Assembly (NCBI GenBank): GCA_013115145.1
Contig: JAAPAO010000056.1
Coordinates: 35,718-99,717, forward strand
Source of the DNA: Perkinsus chesapeaki ATCC PRA-425
Lineage: Eukaryota; Protista; Perkinsozoa
Length of the DNA: 64,000 nt
Reading direction: 5' to 3'
Part shown: piece by piece, positions 11,989-25,225 of the stretch
How the letters are laid out: every line of letters starts with the position of its first letter
Position numbering within the stretch: the first letter of the stretch is position 1
Translations under genes and position numbers: made by a program
The notes under the pieces: model-generated
Databases searched by the model: none
The model's input: the letters and a program-made list of their open reading frames with translations, nothing else
What the model was told of the DNA's origin: nothing

Positions 11989-13314
11989 TCAGAAATTTTT
12001 TATTGCTGAATAGCCACCAACTCCCATGATAACGACAGCTAAAAGTGTCAGGAAGACCAATAGTACAAACTCTGCTGTACGGTTCTTGAAGACTGCCATG
12101 AGCGAGCCTTGATAAGTGAGAGCCCGCATGCGAAGGCAAAGCAGAGCTGGTAAAATCATGGCAATTACAACCATGGTGAAAACGCCCAGTATGTCGACTA
12201 ACTTTTCGACCGATGGAACTACTACAGCCACTATGAGAGTGACTCCAACGAAACAAGTACGAATGACAATCCTCTGTAGAGTGCTCCGCACAGACGTACT
12301 TAACACGTCTACTTTAAAAGCGTATTCGACTGAAGACACGATCGGTAAAAGCATAACGAGGTAGTGTGGAAAACACATAAATAATATAGCAATTACCAGA
12401 CAATAACCCCAAGCATCCAAGGCCTTTCCGGCCGGAGCGATACTATTAATAATCGCATTATTTATCAGACTTCTACCATAACCGAAGTAGCCACAGCAAC
12501 CAACTAGAAAGTAAATAACAAAAGTCAGTCCAAGCCCGATTGACGCCACCTTCGGGAACGCACTCGGAGTCCTCATATCGCGGATTAGTGTCGGTGTGAT
12601 GTTAGCTATTTGATAGGCCAATATAGAGTTACCAAAGGACACCGTCCAAGCCAGAATATCTGAGCCTAGCAGGTCATAGGTCACATCACCGTGCTCTTCA
12701 ATGCCTTGCACTATGCCTTGTGCGGCGATGATAACCAGCACGGCAATAATGCCCACCAGACCAAGCGACGATACATAGGTTATTTCCTTGAAGGACCTCA
12801 ACCACGAGAGGGGAGTGCAGACAGCCGCCCAGACGCACGTCCAGGCCTTAGCGGAGATCTGTGGAAAAATCTTCTGTGTATTCTGACCCAGCAAGAGCAG
12901 CATCCCCGAACAGGCCCCGGTCATGGTCACGTGGACAACGAGTAAAGTGATGACCTGCCCGACTCTGCCGTAGCAGACTTTGCCCAGTTTCTCGTAAGTG
13001 TATATAGGTTCCCCGGTAGGATGGATGCTGACTGCGGTATGGAGCTTGCAAACGAGATAATCAGTAATAACGGCTCCTATACAAAGTATGATAGCACCGC
13101 CGATCCACCCACACCGGGCGACCACGCTTGGTAATGATACGATTCCCAAACCTGAAAAAGGTAAACATGAATTGTTTCGCTCCGCTCAAGACTTACCAAT
13201 GGCTCCCAGTATAACGTTTATAACCGCGTGCATGTTGCTACATTTCTTACTGGCCTCTGCATCAACTTTCGCCTCAACCGCATGGGAAGCATTTCCGACG
13301 CTGACGTTGGCCAT
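11989..13314 (-). CDS. AAAP-family amino-acid transporter, tandem copy 4
   Basis: 386-aa ORF plus 5' exon (MANVSVG...CSNMHAVINVILGAIG) joined by intron 13152-13196, at the same phase-1 position as in the other copies. Confidence 0.9.
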
Positions 13315-16300
13315 TAAAGGCGCTTAAACGTCGAGAATCCTAGCACACCGTCGACGGACTTTGGCGACCCGAACTCGACTCCGGGGGCAAAGTGAGAGGC
13401 AATTAGTAATTTCAATGACACACAACAACGCCGAGACGCGGTCCCGTCGACTCTGAAGAGTTGAAAACAAAAACATAGACGGCCGTACAGTCCAGATGCC
13501 GCATCCAGGAATTGAACCTGCGCGTCTATACGCCACACCAACAATTCCACTACCCCCTTCCCGTCCGGCCATCTGAGCACAGCATTCATAGTTCAGTAAC
13601 ACTGCTATGATGGGCAGGCGAGGTCGATGACGTACTCGGGCTCGAGAAGCTCGCCGTATGTTTCCTGCCGATCGCGCCCGATCCATCCAGGCTCCGGATA
13701 GGTAAGGAAGGTATCTCTTCAAGCATATGATTATGAAGATGGTTATCCTCATTGAATGTCAGTTCTGTCTCGGCTTCCAAGGACGCTGCTATGGACGTAG
13801 GGGTGTCTCGACTGAGATCAGAACGAAGTGCGGTATGAACCGGTTTACTCATAGCTTCAAATTCACCTATAAATCGAATACAGACCACCACCACAACAAC
13901 AATAACAATGACGTGACTATTGAAATTGCGCCATTCAAAAGTCATTTCCGGCGACCTGAATCAGGCCGTCTTTACAGAACACAGTGGGACTAACTTAGCA
14001 AGCGAGACAGGAGGTTCATGATTGCACTTGACAAGGTCTAAAGATTCCACCAGACCAAGCTTTTACCATCATCTATGCGAGCACCCTAACATTACCCAGA
14101 GCAGCAACTGTCCGTCACCAGGCCGTCACCGCGTGGCGTGTTATTAGCTGCTTTCCGGCTCACCGCCCGAATTCGCCTTGCAGCTTGCTTGTAAGAATAA
14201 GGTTGAGGTCTGCACCAAGAATCCAGTCGGCAAAAAGCCATCATTCTATTACAGCTTTTGTTTTAAAGAATTATAGGTAGCACACTCCAGCTCCACCCTC
14301 GGGCCCAATGTAGCTCTAACTAGTGTGTAGGCAGCTGTGATGTAAACTGAGGAGTCATCATCACAGACAAACATTACTCTAGGTAAAGGGGCATTGGACG
14401 GGTGGGCCGATGCTAACCTGAGCGAGAGGGGGAATATCTATGAAGATTCGAATACGTTACGAATAAGGAAGAGACATTGCAAAATACCATAAACTTAATA
14501 CACTTTTTGCGAATCTATTATTAAACAAAGCAGTCACTATAACAGTAATCCACAATCTCGTACCGTCTTCCGCAAAAAACACTACTTTGGATATTCTTCA
14601 GAGTGCGATAGTTTCATATTCGATCGTATTTTTAACATGCAAAAGCTCTACACCCCAACCTACGTAATTAGCTCCTGTATTGCTGAGAGGACAAACTTGC
14701 AGCGAGCTGCCTTAGCAGAGGCAGCTGGCTGGAACTTAACTGGATCATCTTGGGCGAGGGAAGTGTAGACGCAATCCACCATTACCAGGTTAACATCTAA
14801 AATGCATATGACAGAATGCGAAACGTTCGAGCGAGAGGTGAACAGAAGTGTTGATAGAATACTAATAGAAATATAGTAGTAAAGAGGGAGTGTGAAGATC
14901 GATCCGTGGCCATAATTAAGGTAATAATAATGATTAAAAATGTTTATTTGATATTGTCATTTATAATTTATTATATACCAAACCGTATAATACCGACAAC
15001 ACCGAAAATTCAGCATGAACTAACTAATCGTATGAAAATTAGTTGAAGTCCGAGCATTGAGGAGCATAGGACAGAGCTAAACAAGCGAATTTAATGTGTG
15101 GTAAGTGGTAATAATAAGGCTCCCGAGAAGGGCTGCTGCACTGGGACCGGCGGCAGAGGCGGGCTACTCGTAAGAGTAATTGAACATGACAATATTTATT
15201 ATAGGATTTTAGTATCGAAATATAGTCGGTTCTTCGAAAACAGCAAATTGCGAAAAGTTCATGATAATTTCCTACTAAAATTTGCAAGGATAAAGGGGAA
15301 TACAGCCCACTCGAGTCCCAATAGCCATTGACCGAGAAATCCGTGGATACCACACTTAAAATGACTACCATCCCAGTCCTGTATAGGAGCTGACGCAGCA
15401 GTAACTATCCCACGAAGATGCACACGCTTCCTTAGGGACGTCTCGCGAAGGCTTCTGGCCAGGTAGGAACTGCCGGGATCATTTGTCACCAGTAGAACTT
15501 CGGGACGACGAGATTCGGTATCTGAAAAGCTGCGAACTATGGCCAGCTAGAAGCCCTTTGAAAAAACAAAGAGGGTGATCGATGAAAGATTCATTCTAAT
15601 TAATTCGAAAAGCACGAAAGCCACTACGTGATTAGTCATTATATTAAACCTGCGTAAGGACACTCCGGCGAGGTTTGATTTTTCCAATTACCTTCAGTGG
15701 GCCCAGATACGAGCCATTCAAGGAGGAAGGTCTCAATGATGTTCTGAAGGAAGTCTGTGATTTGGGAAAGTTGCGGTATGATAAGGAGTAGTAGTGATGC
15801 CCAAAACTTAACCCAGTAGGCTGACCAGTAGAATATAGAGTAGAGCCAATAGGTAGCGATTGAGACTACCTGAAGGGAATTATTAATATATAAATGTAAT
15901 AAAGAGGTGACATAGAGGTCTTATTTTTAAAATATTAATGTAAATACAGTGAATATATAAGCAGCTCTCCAACATAAGGAGCTTACAGAGGTAGCCCATC
16001 TAGCCATTACTTCAATTAAGGACGTATCATGGCTGAGGAACTGACACAAGTAGCATCTTAGGACCAATGTAAGGCTGAACCTACGTCTCTCGAACTTATA
16101 TAGGCATCAACCACAATCTGCTCAACGCATCTTTTGCCCGAGAACAAATCGATAATCTCAGTGGGGAAGATTCCCTTACAAAGGAGGCCCCAAAAGGATG
16201 GGGACGAACTCTGGGAAGAGGACGTCATTTATAGAGACAAACTGCATAGGCAGGCGCTATTTTGATGAGAATCTGCGGAAATGTGGTATGAATATCCTGC

Positions 16301-17346
16301 AATGAGGCGACAAAGAAGCCCTATTCGGCAGAAACCTTAGGAAAATGCCAAAACATGAATGGGCTCCGAAGTCAGTGAAGAAATAACTTTTCCTAATCGC
16401 AAGCAATCAACATTGATTCCAATTGGGCCTGCAAAGTAAGGTGCCAGTAATTGCCCAACGAACCACTTCGCAAACGTGTTATTCATTTTAGGAAGGTTAC
16501 TAATTTTTGTCCAGACCGAGTAGACCACTGGCGGCAGTCCCCTAGACACTCACAAGTTTTCTGTAGTAATCGGCGGCTTGATGAGAACGGAGAGCGCTAA
16601 TCAACTTTTTGATAGAATACAAAGCCATAGAGTAATAATTCTAGTTCAGATTAACAAAAGGCACGTGTGGGCCCAAAAGGTGTAAAGGTATTGCCGAAAA
16701 ATATGCGGAAATGATTCCCTATGGTCGATGAAAGGAAAATATAGGCAATTTTCAAATAGGGTTAGAGCATGTATCACAATCGGCTGCCCTCATCAAACGC
16801 AGAAATAGCTTGAGAAGATGAACGTTCGGAGACACGAACTATCTGTGACCGAGGCGAGCTACAGTACCATTTAAAACCCGGTGTGATGAGTAGGCGAAGG
16901 TTCGAATCCAGGCGAGAGTATTTTTCCTTGGAAAATAGCAGCAGCGCCTTTTGGCGATGGTAGATCTTGCCGAAGGTTTTTGAGTACTGCGAAAGCAGAC
17001 CAACTTTAATGCATTTTGAGCTTGCCCGGAGGGTCCCTAGAATGTATCCTAATATTGGCGGTATCTCACGAAGGCTCCGAAAAGTGGTGATCGAAGTGAT
17101 GATGATTTCGTGAAGTGTTTTCGGCATCCTACGGTGATTACAAATTATAATTTTTGATTAAAACGAGCCGGCTATAACAGTACAATAACAGTCGAATGAT
17201 ATAAGCTTTAATCAACGCGGGTCGCTACTTACCATTTACTGGCCTTTTCAAGACTACCGTCGTTAACGTCTTCCAAATGAGCTCTGGAGAATCTTTACAC
17301 TCTTCGAGCTAAGATACTTCTTCTCAGGCTGTTACTTTGTGATTTG

Positions 17347-18736
17347 ATGGCTGCTCCGAGGACATATAAAGTTACCAGAGAAGTCGTCCATCTTTTGGCC
17401 GGGAAGATGATTCGTGACGGTCGCACTGTAAGGCAGCAAACGGTATCTTGGGTCGGAGCTGGTGTTCAAAGATCTGCTCGGCATATCATAGTCAAACTCT
17501 GGACTTTTCTGACCCGGACGCCCGTCAGGATTTTCCGAAATTTGCCAGCAACTACTGGCGTTGTAACTCCGTATAACTCGACCGAAGAGGCACATCGAAT
17601 GTTCTCAGAAGGAGATTCATTTAATGTCTCCTTCTGGTCTACGTTCTGAGCTTTATAGCGAAAATTCCGTTGTGTCTTTTCCTCATTAGGGAAACTTTTT
17701 CATCCCAAAGATCACACTACTGTGAGACTAGACTCGCCAGAACCTTCGAAATGGCGATGGCTTCCCAGGTGACCCCGGACGACCGTCGTGGAATGCTCCG
17801 TCTAGTTGAATGTGATGATGGTTGCATGCGAGTTGAGTTTGTCATACGGTAATATAAGAAAATACCACAAAGTAAGATAGGAATCTTTGTCAGATCGGAT
17901 GGAAATGATGTTGATTCAACGACACCTGAGGAATCTTTCGTGGCTGATAAGGGCGACAAGTAACCTCTGGGGTATCTTAGCCCTCGGTCAGTTTATCCTC
18001 GGCTTGCTGTTGTCGAGTCTCGAAAGAAGCGGGTTGTCAAAAAACTACGGCAGATTTTCCTCCCAAAGAATTTTACTATTACTACGAGAACGTCAAAATG
18101 CATCTTGTCGAGCAGATACACAGAGATTCGCTAAATTAACTCTTCCCCCAGAATTGGCGTCTGTGAATGGGTATCATTTCAGATTGGACCCTGTCCCGCA
18201 GTGCACCACCGGTAGAGTATATGTGCTCCGAGTGAAGGATGAGAAGCATCTGTAGGTTATATGTTCCCCTCCTCCTCCTCCGGTACGTGATCTCATCGAT
18301 AGGTATTGGATGCAAGCTGAGGATGATACAGATGAAGCTAGACTAGTTGTTAAATTCAATAAGGCTCTTGATAGGGCGCAGAGTGAGCCTGATCAGGAGG
18401 ATGCTGTGATGGAAGGTAGGTTCGGTGGTGCATGCTCAACTAATAGTAATTGGAATCCGAGGAGAACCCTCGTTAGAAATAAAGCAACTCCTTATGTCTT
18501 TCGAATTCGGCTGTTGCCTGTCTTAGTCTTGCAATATCCCTCGCCTCAGATGCTGCCCCACCACCTCCCACTAGCGCGCCGTTCCCGTCTAGGTGAGCTC
18601 TCAGATATCTTCATCTCCCCTATTTAATCTTAGGTCTACATCTTCCCGACCTCGGAGGACATCAGGGCCTAGTGCCGTTGAAAGGATACTAGGAGCCGAT
18701 GTGGCTGAGGATTTCAGGCCTACCGAAGAACAGTAG
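17347..18736 (+). CDS. RPN13: 26S proteasome ubiquitin receptor Rpn13/ADRM1 (Pru domain); 3' end uncertain
   Basis: Spliced frame LLAGKMIRDGRT|VTPDDRRGMLRL...KGDK|LDPVPQCTTGRVYVLRVKDEKHL|YWMQAEDDTDEARLVVKFNKAL matches the Pru motifs AGKM, PDKRKG, QCxxGRVYVL and FWMQ. Confidence 0.88.
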
Positions 18737-21317
18737 GAAGGGAGGGGTTGTGAGCGAGGTGGGTTGTACTCTGTTTGGGACTTGTTCTTATCACACACGA
18801 AAAGTGTGTATGTTACTACGGAAATCTTTTAATATATATTCCTTAACCTTAAGACAGTAAGAAGGCAAAGAAGAACATCAGGTATTCTCTTTTGGAGCTT
18901 TTTTCGGTCTAGGGAATTATTTCCCAGAGAAATTTCCATTGTTACGATGAATGTTCATTAGGAACATCTCTGATTAACACGTTTCCATGAGGGCAGATGA
19001 GTCCCTGTTCGAAATTTCGCTGAAGTCGGGACTCCGATAATGCACGATATAATCCACAGGGCGCTAATTTTCTAGGTATCATGCTCAGGTTCGCCCAGGC
19101 CGCCGCGTTTTGGATCCTGTCGCACCAACTAGAAGAAGCTGGAGTCCGTGTTCGCCCTAGGGTAGTAGTACAGGGGAACTTGAAGCGTGTGATAGTGGGT
19201 ATCGTTGCGCATGCGTGCAGAACGCAGCATACGGTTATTGTTTTTCCTTCCTTCAGATACACCCAACGCCTCTAAGGAACGTATTAACCAAGGAAGTTCT
19301 ATTGAAGCTAGCTGGAGACGATGATTGTAATATATGAACGGGAAACGAGATTTTACTGTTGCCGGATTAGGCAGTAAACAGTTGAAGGAGCAGATACCAG
19401 AGGAGCATAGTTTAGAAGATACTATAACAAGTGTACAGCTTAGTCAGGCAATGGGGAGAATGGATGAGGCGATGTAATGATGATAGGAGGGGCGGGGTGA
19501 TGGGTGGTGTATAAATTATAATAATATGCGTTGTTCGGCGAAGGATGTGCTGTCCCTCGACTTCGTATTATGAAAGTAAACCGCTTACAATGCACCACTT
19601 TCTATCTTTTCCAGTCATTTGATGTGATATCCTCGGTCCCTTTGAGGCATGCCTTCACTTTAATTTTTCATTGTTTCACTTATTTCTGAAGGTGATATAT
19701 AAAATAACAAGTCTCTCGGTAAATATACAAACCATATACTATCTTTGTATCCTTTTTTTATACATGAACTTTTATAGTATTATTATATGCCATCGGATAT
19801 AGTATTATTAAATAGCACTGTATTAGAGTGAGCAGTCGTATACATAATAATTACCACGTCAAGAGAGAGTTTATGGTATTGTATTTCCATCATTAGTTAC
19901 TCTGAGAATGTCCTGGCTCTGTTCCAGGCCCTTGAGTTGGACCCTACAGTACTGGACACCAATCCCGACCGTAAGTGGTACATTATTATTTCGCTTATAT
20001 GTCCGCTTTATCAGCTTTCCAATGTCTTTGCGAAGCTCTTGAAAAAAAGTATAAAAAGGAAGGTGGCTCTTCCGGCGCTGATAAAGAAGATGAGGAGATG
20101 CCGAGTGCTGAATGAATAAAGTGTTTCTAGTACCATGTCTTGAGTAAAGTCACGCATCCGGTGGAGTTGGCCCGCCCCAGTATTTCAGACTTGTCTTGGT
20201 GGATGGTCGTTGGTCCAGTATGCGGCGTGTGTATTTAGGTACGGAGCACCACTGTGTCTCCTGGAGAACCGGTGTCCTCGAGTAGCCATCGGGTTATAAC
20301 AAATAAGAGTAAGGGGGGTAGGAAATGACTCGTGCTCTTATCTCCTTGGATCCTGAGGAAGCAAATCCTATAGTATAACCGTCTTCCGAGGTATCTTCTG
20401 GGTTCATCATCTGACAAGGTCAGGTTTTGATTTCATGGTCGGGTGTTGTTTTTTCCAAACGACAAAATCGGGATTACGTTTTAGCACCAGAACCGTACTG
20501 TAGGTTTTAGTACATTATTATTATATCCTGAGAGAAGGGTATAATCATTGAAAATGAATTTATGTATCTATTATGTAAATTATTTGAATGTATTATTGAG
20601 CATTAATATACTATTGACTGTAATACTAAATGTACTTCTTCCACCAGGCTATACATGCTTTTATCAGCGTGGTTGAAGGATATAGTGCTACCTATAAAAT
20701 GCTAACTAATGAATATGTATACTGTATTTATAATTAAAACTACTAAGATATGTCCATGTATGGATATCCAACAAGGTATCTCACTATTTTTTTGCGATTC
20801 ACGGTTCAAGCATATGCGGCCGAGAATAATGATTCGGATTCGGAATGTTGATTTCGAACCTGAGAACCACCCGGGATAAACCACAGATAACTGCTCATTG
20901 TCAGATCTCATGGTCTGTGATGGCATGGAAAACTTAACGTGGAAGCTCAGAGTCAGTAACCTAGGCCTTTGAATCGATTAAATGTCAAGGTTCAGATTCG
21001 GGAATCAATGTCGCGCGTCTCACAGACATATATGACTCAGATATCAAGATGGATGCGTGGATCGGGTCTCGCATCCCTCTCTCCCTGTTATCAGCTCAAC
21101 AATGTTAATAATATCAAACCAGATACTCTTTGGCTATAGTCTACCAGACCAAGCTACTATTGGCTAAAAAGGCCAGTGGAGATAAAAACAGTCTGAACGA
21201 GCCGGCTTATGCTCTGAAGAGAGCAATGCTGGCGCCGAGGCTGGGTATATGAGCGTGGATCTCCTGAGGCTTCTCGCTCGAGAAATCAAACTCCGAACCT
21301 GAAAAAGCGCTTGCTGC

Positions 21318-22143
21318 TTAATCAGCGCTGCTGATTAAGGACTCGTTATCTGACTCACCTTCCAGGTATGTACCATTGGTCATGCCAGTTAAACTGGTTA
21401 AGTGCTCTCCATCAAACTCGTACCCTATACCCCACTCACGGTGCGCCTTTGTGCCATTACCCGCGATGATCCTGAAAATGAGCAGCTTCGTAGAAGGACT
21501 GCTCCGGGGAGTCCTACACTTCCTGGACGGCATAAGAGAAGCGATCGAACGTTATAGTGATCTTAGTGCCGCTATCAGTGGTCTCACCGGCGAAGGTACC
21601 AACAGGAAATGTCGGGTCTGAAATGCAAGTAGGCAGACTGAATGCAAAGACTTGTTGGAATTAGGAAGAGAAAGAACTTGTCATCATGGGGCATTTTGTG
21701 TCCTCACCTCCACATATGATAGGGAACACTTTACGCTTCTTGTCAGAAGCGCGCTTCTTCTTGGAGTATCTAACGTCTGCCCACCTGCGACGGATGATTC
21801 TGTACCTATCATCAAAGAAGTACTCAATGGCAGTACAGAGATGGATGCCAACTCACAGATTCTCGCAGACTGGGGCAGCGGTTGAGCTTTCCAGACAACG
21901 AGACGTACGGGAGCCACATCTAGCTTCGCCCTTACACACTAAGTTGCAGAACATCTAAACAGAAAGTACACCCTGGACGCTTCCACTGGCGGAATGTAGC
22001 TTACATCCCCGTCCGAAGCGCCAACTGTCCAGATTATGACCAAAATACTGAAGGTCATTATAGTTATCAGGCGACCGCTCTGGACTTGACTCATTTTTTA
22101 GAAGTATGGAAATACCGAACAAAGCTATTCTTAGATTCCTCAT
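21318..22143 (-). CDS. Putative secreted hypothetical protein (multi-exon, model uncertain)
   Basis: Signal-peptide-like start MRNLRIALFGISILL and a coding-like last exon KLLIFRIIAGNGTKAHREWGIGYEFDGEHL. Internal splicing not resolved. Confidence 0.35.
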
Positions 22144-22519
22144 ATGCACGCGAGCACAAACCCAACGCGTGCGTAACTGCTACGGACTAGACTGTTACTG
22201 GCGCAGTGGGTCCCCAAGTTCGGAACGGGTTCGATCGTCACTGAAGCCGACCGCTCGCGCTTTAGGTCTCACGTTATTATTCGTCTGTTGTAGGCTCTAT
22301 CAGTACTGTTTGATCATCACACCAATAAGATTGTGACATTTTTGCAGACATGGGCGACACGTGTCTCTTACTTGCCAGCAGCCTATTTCAACATCTCTTC
22401 GCAAGAACTGCTTTCTGAGCGATAAGGACCTATTATACGAGGCAGTTCAAAGGGCATGACAGGTTTCAAGAGGTATTGTCGTGTCGCAAGGTGTTTGCTC
22501 TTTGATTAGTCCTCAATCT

Positions 22520-24166
22520 TTAGTAGCGGGAAATCCGAAATTCGAATGTCTTCTCGAGTATTCGAACCTTCGTATCCTCATTGGCGAAGCTCAAAGTTTG
22601 TTCTTGAGGAAACCCGAGATGGATCCTAAGTGAGAAGTCCCGCGACCTACAAGCATCAACTCCGTATTACTATGGCATTCGCGGACCTTAACCCCATTTC
22701 CCTCGAATTTGAGGCCCTTAACGGGCCGTTAACTTCCCAACCTACTATCTGTGTTACTGGCTAACTTTCAACGTGTTATATTTTACGATGGCGGTTCTAC
22801 TGTTTTGGGGAATGTGGATGGATCGTGGAGAAACTTAGTGCATTTGGTTCTGATTTCAGCTGGTGAAAGTCAGCCCCCATCCCCGGTCTCCTGATACAGC
22901 TGTAGGTACTGAAAAACCTATATCCACTCGGTCGTTACCTAGCGGTTAAGTGGCGGTATTTGTTTGGGCTGGAAGTAAGTAGGGCAAGGGTCTGGAATGA
23001 TCCGTATTCTAGTTTGCTCATCATGCCAGGCTCCGCAGTGCGGGGTCCGCACTGCGGGATGGTATTCGTCTCACTGAAATTTGCGCAACAATGGTAAAGT
23101 AATAAACGTAATAACAATCTTGTTAATCTAGGGTCACGGTCTACTAGGCCGCCACATCATTATCTAAAGAGTATATGGGGATGAGTTGGGATGCTTGGAG
23201 CAGCCGGCTTATTGCTTAACCATCGTCTCGTTGTAGGCGAAGGCCGGGATATAGGCGTGGATCTGCTTTGGGTTCCCTTGTGAGAAGAAGAACTGTGAGC
23301 CTGAACAAGGAAACACTATAAATATGTCGCTTCATTAAACAAGACCGAAACCGCTGAGGCTATATCATAAACTCACCATTGAAGTACGCATAACCTTCAC
23401 GGTCGTGGAAGCCGCTAAAATTGGTGATGTAGTTTCCGCTAGTCGCGTAGCCTATCCCTGTATCACGGTACACTTCTTCGCCGTAGAACTCCATGGTCCT
23501 GAAATGAGACCCAACTTGGGTCACCCGAGGCATGCTCGGCTCATTCAAGGAGCCTCGTTGCGCTGAGAGTCCGTCCTTACACAAAATCTATCCCACGAGA
23601 GTAGTGATCAAACTTCATTGTTATGCGGATCATGTCCTTGATGTTGGGGTCGAAAGGATCAGCCATTAGTCCGATGAAAGTGCCAATCGGAAAGACCGGA
23701 CCTGCAAGGGGAGGAGGCACACGGTACAGCCACAAATGCGTAGAGACCACGAAAACCAGTTGAGCTTGAGCATGACAATTGTGATTCATACCTCCACACG
23801 GAATGCGATAGACTCCACTGTACTTGGACATGTCTTGGACGGAATACAAAGTGTATGGATTCTCGGCAGGGAAGACTCTGTACCTAGCTGGTCCAGCATT
23901 ACTCGATGGCGGGGTGATGAGAGGCTATCAACGCACAGGTTCTCGCAAGATGGGATCGATGAGAGGTTGGTTAGACAGCGGGAGCCCGGACAGCCGCTAG
24001 CCTGCTTGCATATGTAGTCGCAAAAGACCTGAATAGGAATTGTGGGTCCATTGTGCGCCTTGCCCTGGCACTGGACGCTTACATCCCCTGGAGCAGCGGT
24101 TCCTGTCCAACAGATGACCAGAATCGGGAAGACGATTGTTAGTTGGGCACTTGGGACTGAACGCAT
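22520..24166 (-). CDS. Secreted Cys-rich hypothetical protein (multi-exon; 3' end tentative)
   Basis: Signal peptide MRSVPSAQLTIVFPILVICWTGTAA, Cys module CDYICKQASGCPGSRCLTNLSSIPSCENL|YRVFPAENPY, and further coding-like exons at 23577-23720 and 23360-23570. Confidence 0.6.
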
Positions 24167-25225
24167 CGTATTCAACAACTGAAGATCGACTAGTGGTCGC
24201 AGCCTAATAGGATTGAGCGTGAACCTGGCTGAGCCAGGGTGGCTACGTATTCGATAATTATGGATCCTCATAGAGATAATCCCACCTAGTCGCGCAATTA
24301 ACAGAATTACGTCACCGCAGCTAAAAGGTGTACGCATGCGCGATCGTCAAGATCTCAGGTTTTTTCCCGGGAAAATGATCGATCGACATTCAAGGCATGA
24401 CATGTTAAGTAATCCAGTACAGCTCAAGAGTAGTGATACCACGATGGTCATCTTGTCACTCAACGTCAACATGACTGGGGCACGAACCGCCACCATTTTC
24501 CCCTTATAACATCGCTCGTGTGGTCTCTTGCGATTCGGGACAGCAACATCATTATAATATCATCATATGGTACACTAAGACGTATACCGACTAAGCTCGG
24601 AAGTATATTAGCATATGGGTTTGCAGTACTATCAGCCCGATATAGCACGTGAGCCATTTACGTGTATCCTCAACTTGCCGTGTACGTGCGAATTTGGTGC
24701 ACCCGGAGCCGCACCCGTCAGTCACCATCTGTGACGCCATGAGGTTGGGCCAGATGCGACCGCCCCATTGCTTAGCGCAGGGTAGCGCAACGGCGGTGCT
24801 CATCACAGTCCGTCGTACCTTATGGGGAATCTCATCGATATAAGGTCTAAATACATAGGTTGTCAAATACGGTGAATGTATTTAATGCATCGCGTATTTA
24901 AGGCAGAAACCGTTCCCCTGGGTTCCGGGGAATCCCGAATGTTGAAAGGCCACGTATGCACGTGAGGTCGCATGGAGAAAATGAATGAAGTTTCATCGGC
25001 CACCTGGATGCTTGTACCGCATGGCATGTTGAACCTTCGCCAATGATAGCCGATATGGTCAGAAAATCCGTAATTAGGGCTATATTCGAATTCCGGTAGG
25101 GCGAAATACTAGCCGCCTCAACGGAGGACTCTATACATGCGCTTCTATGGGAGATTTGTTCTTCTTGTTGTTGCTGAGAAAGGGACATGCGATAGAGAGG
25201 GGCCGATTATTTCAGTATTTTGACA

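Noticed and set aside
16855-16880. GGTTCGAATCC as a tRNA T-loop
   Set aside because: No A box or pairing stems upstream.
17428-17768. snoRNAs in the long introns (RPN13 here; also the TLK, U1-C and LspA long introns)
   Set aside because: No RTGATGA/CTGA pair with a terminal stem and no H/ACA layout seen by eye.
17960-18182. Large insertion in the Rpn13 Pru domain
   Set aside because: Treating it as one intron gives a compact canonical alignment.
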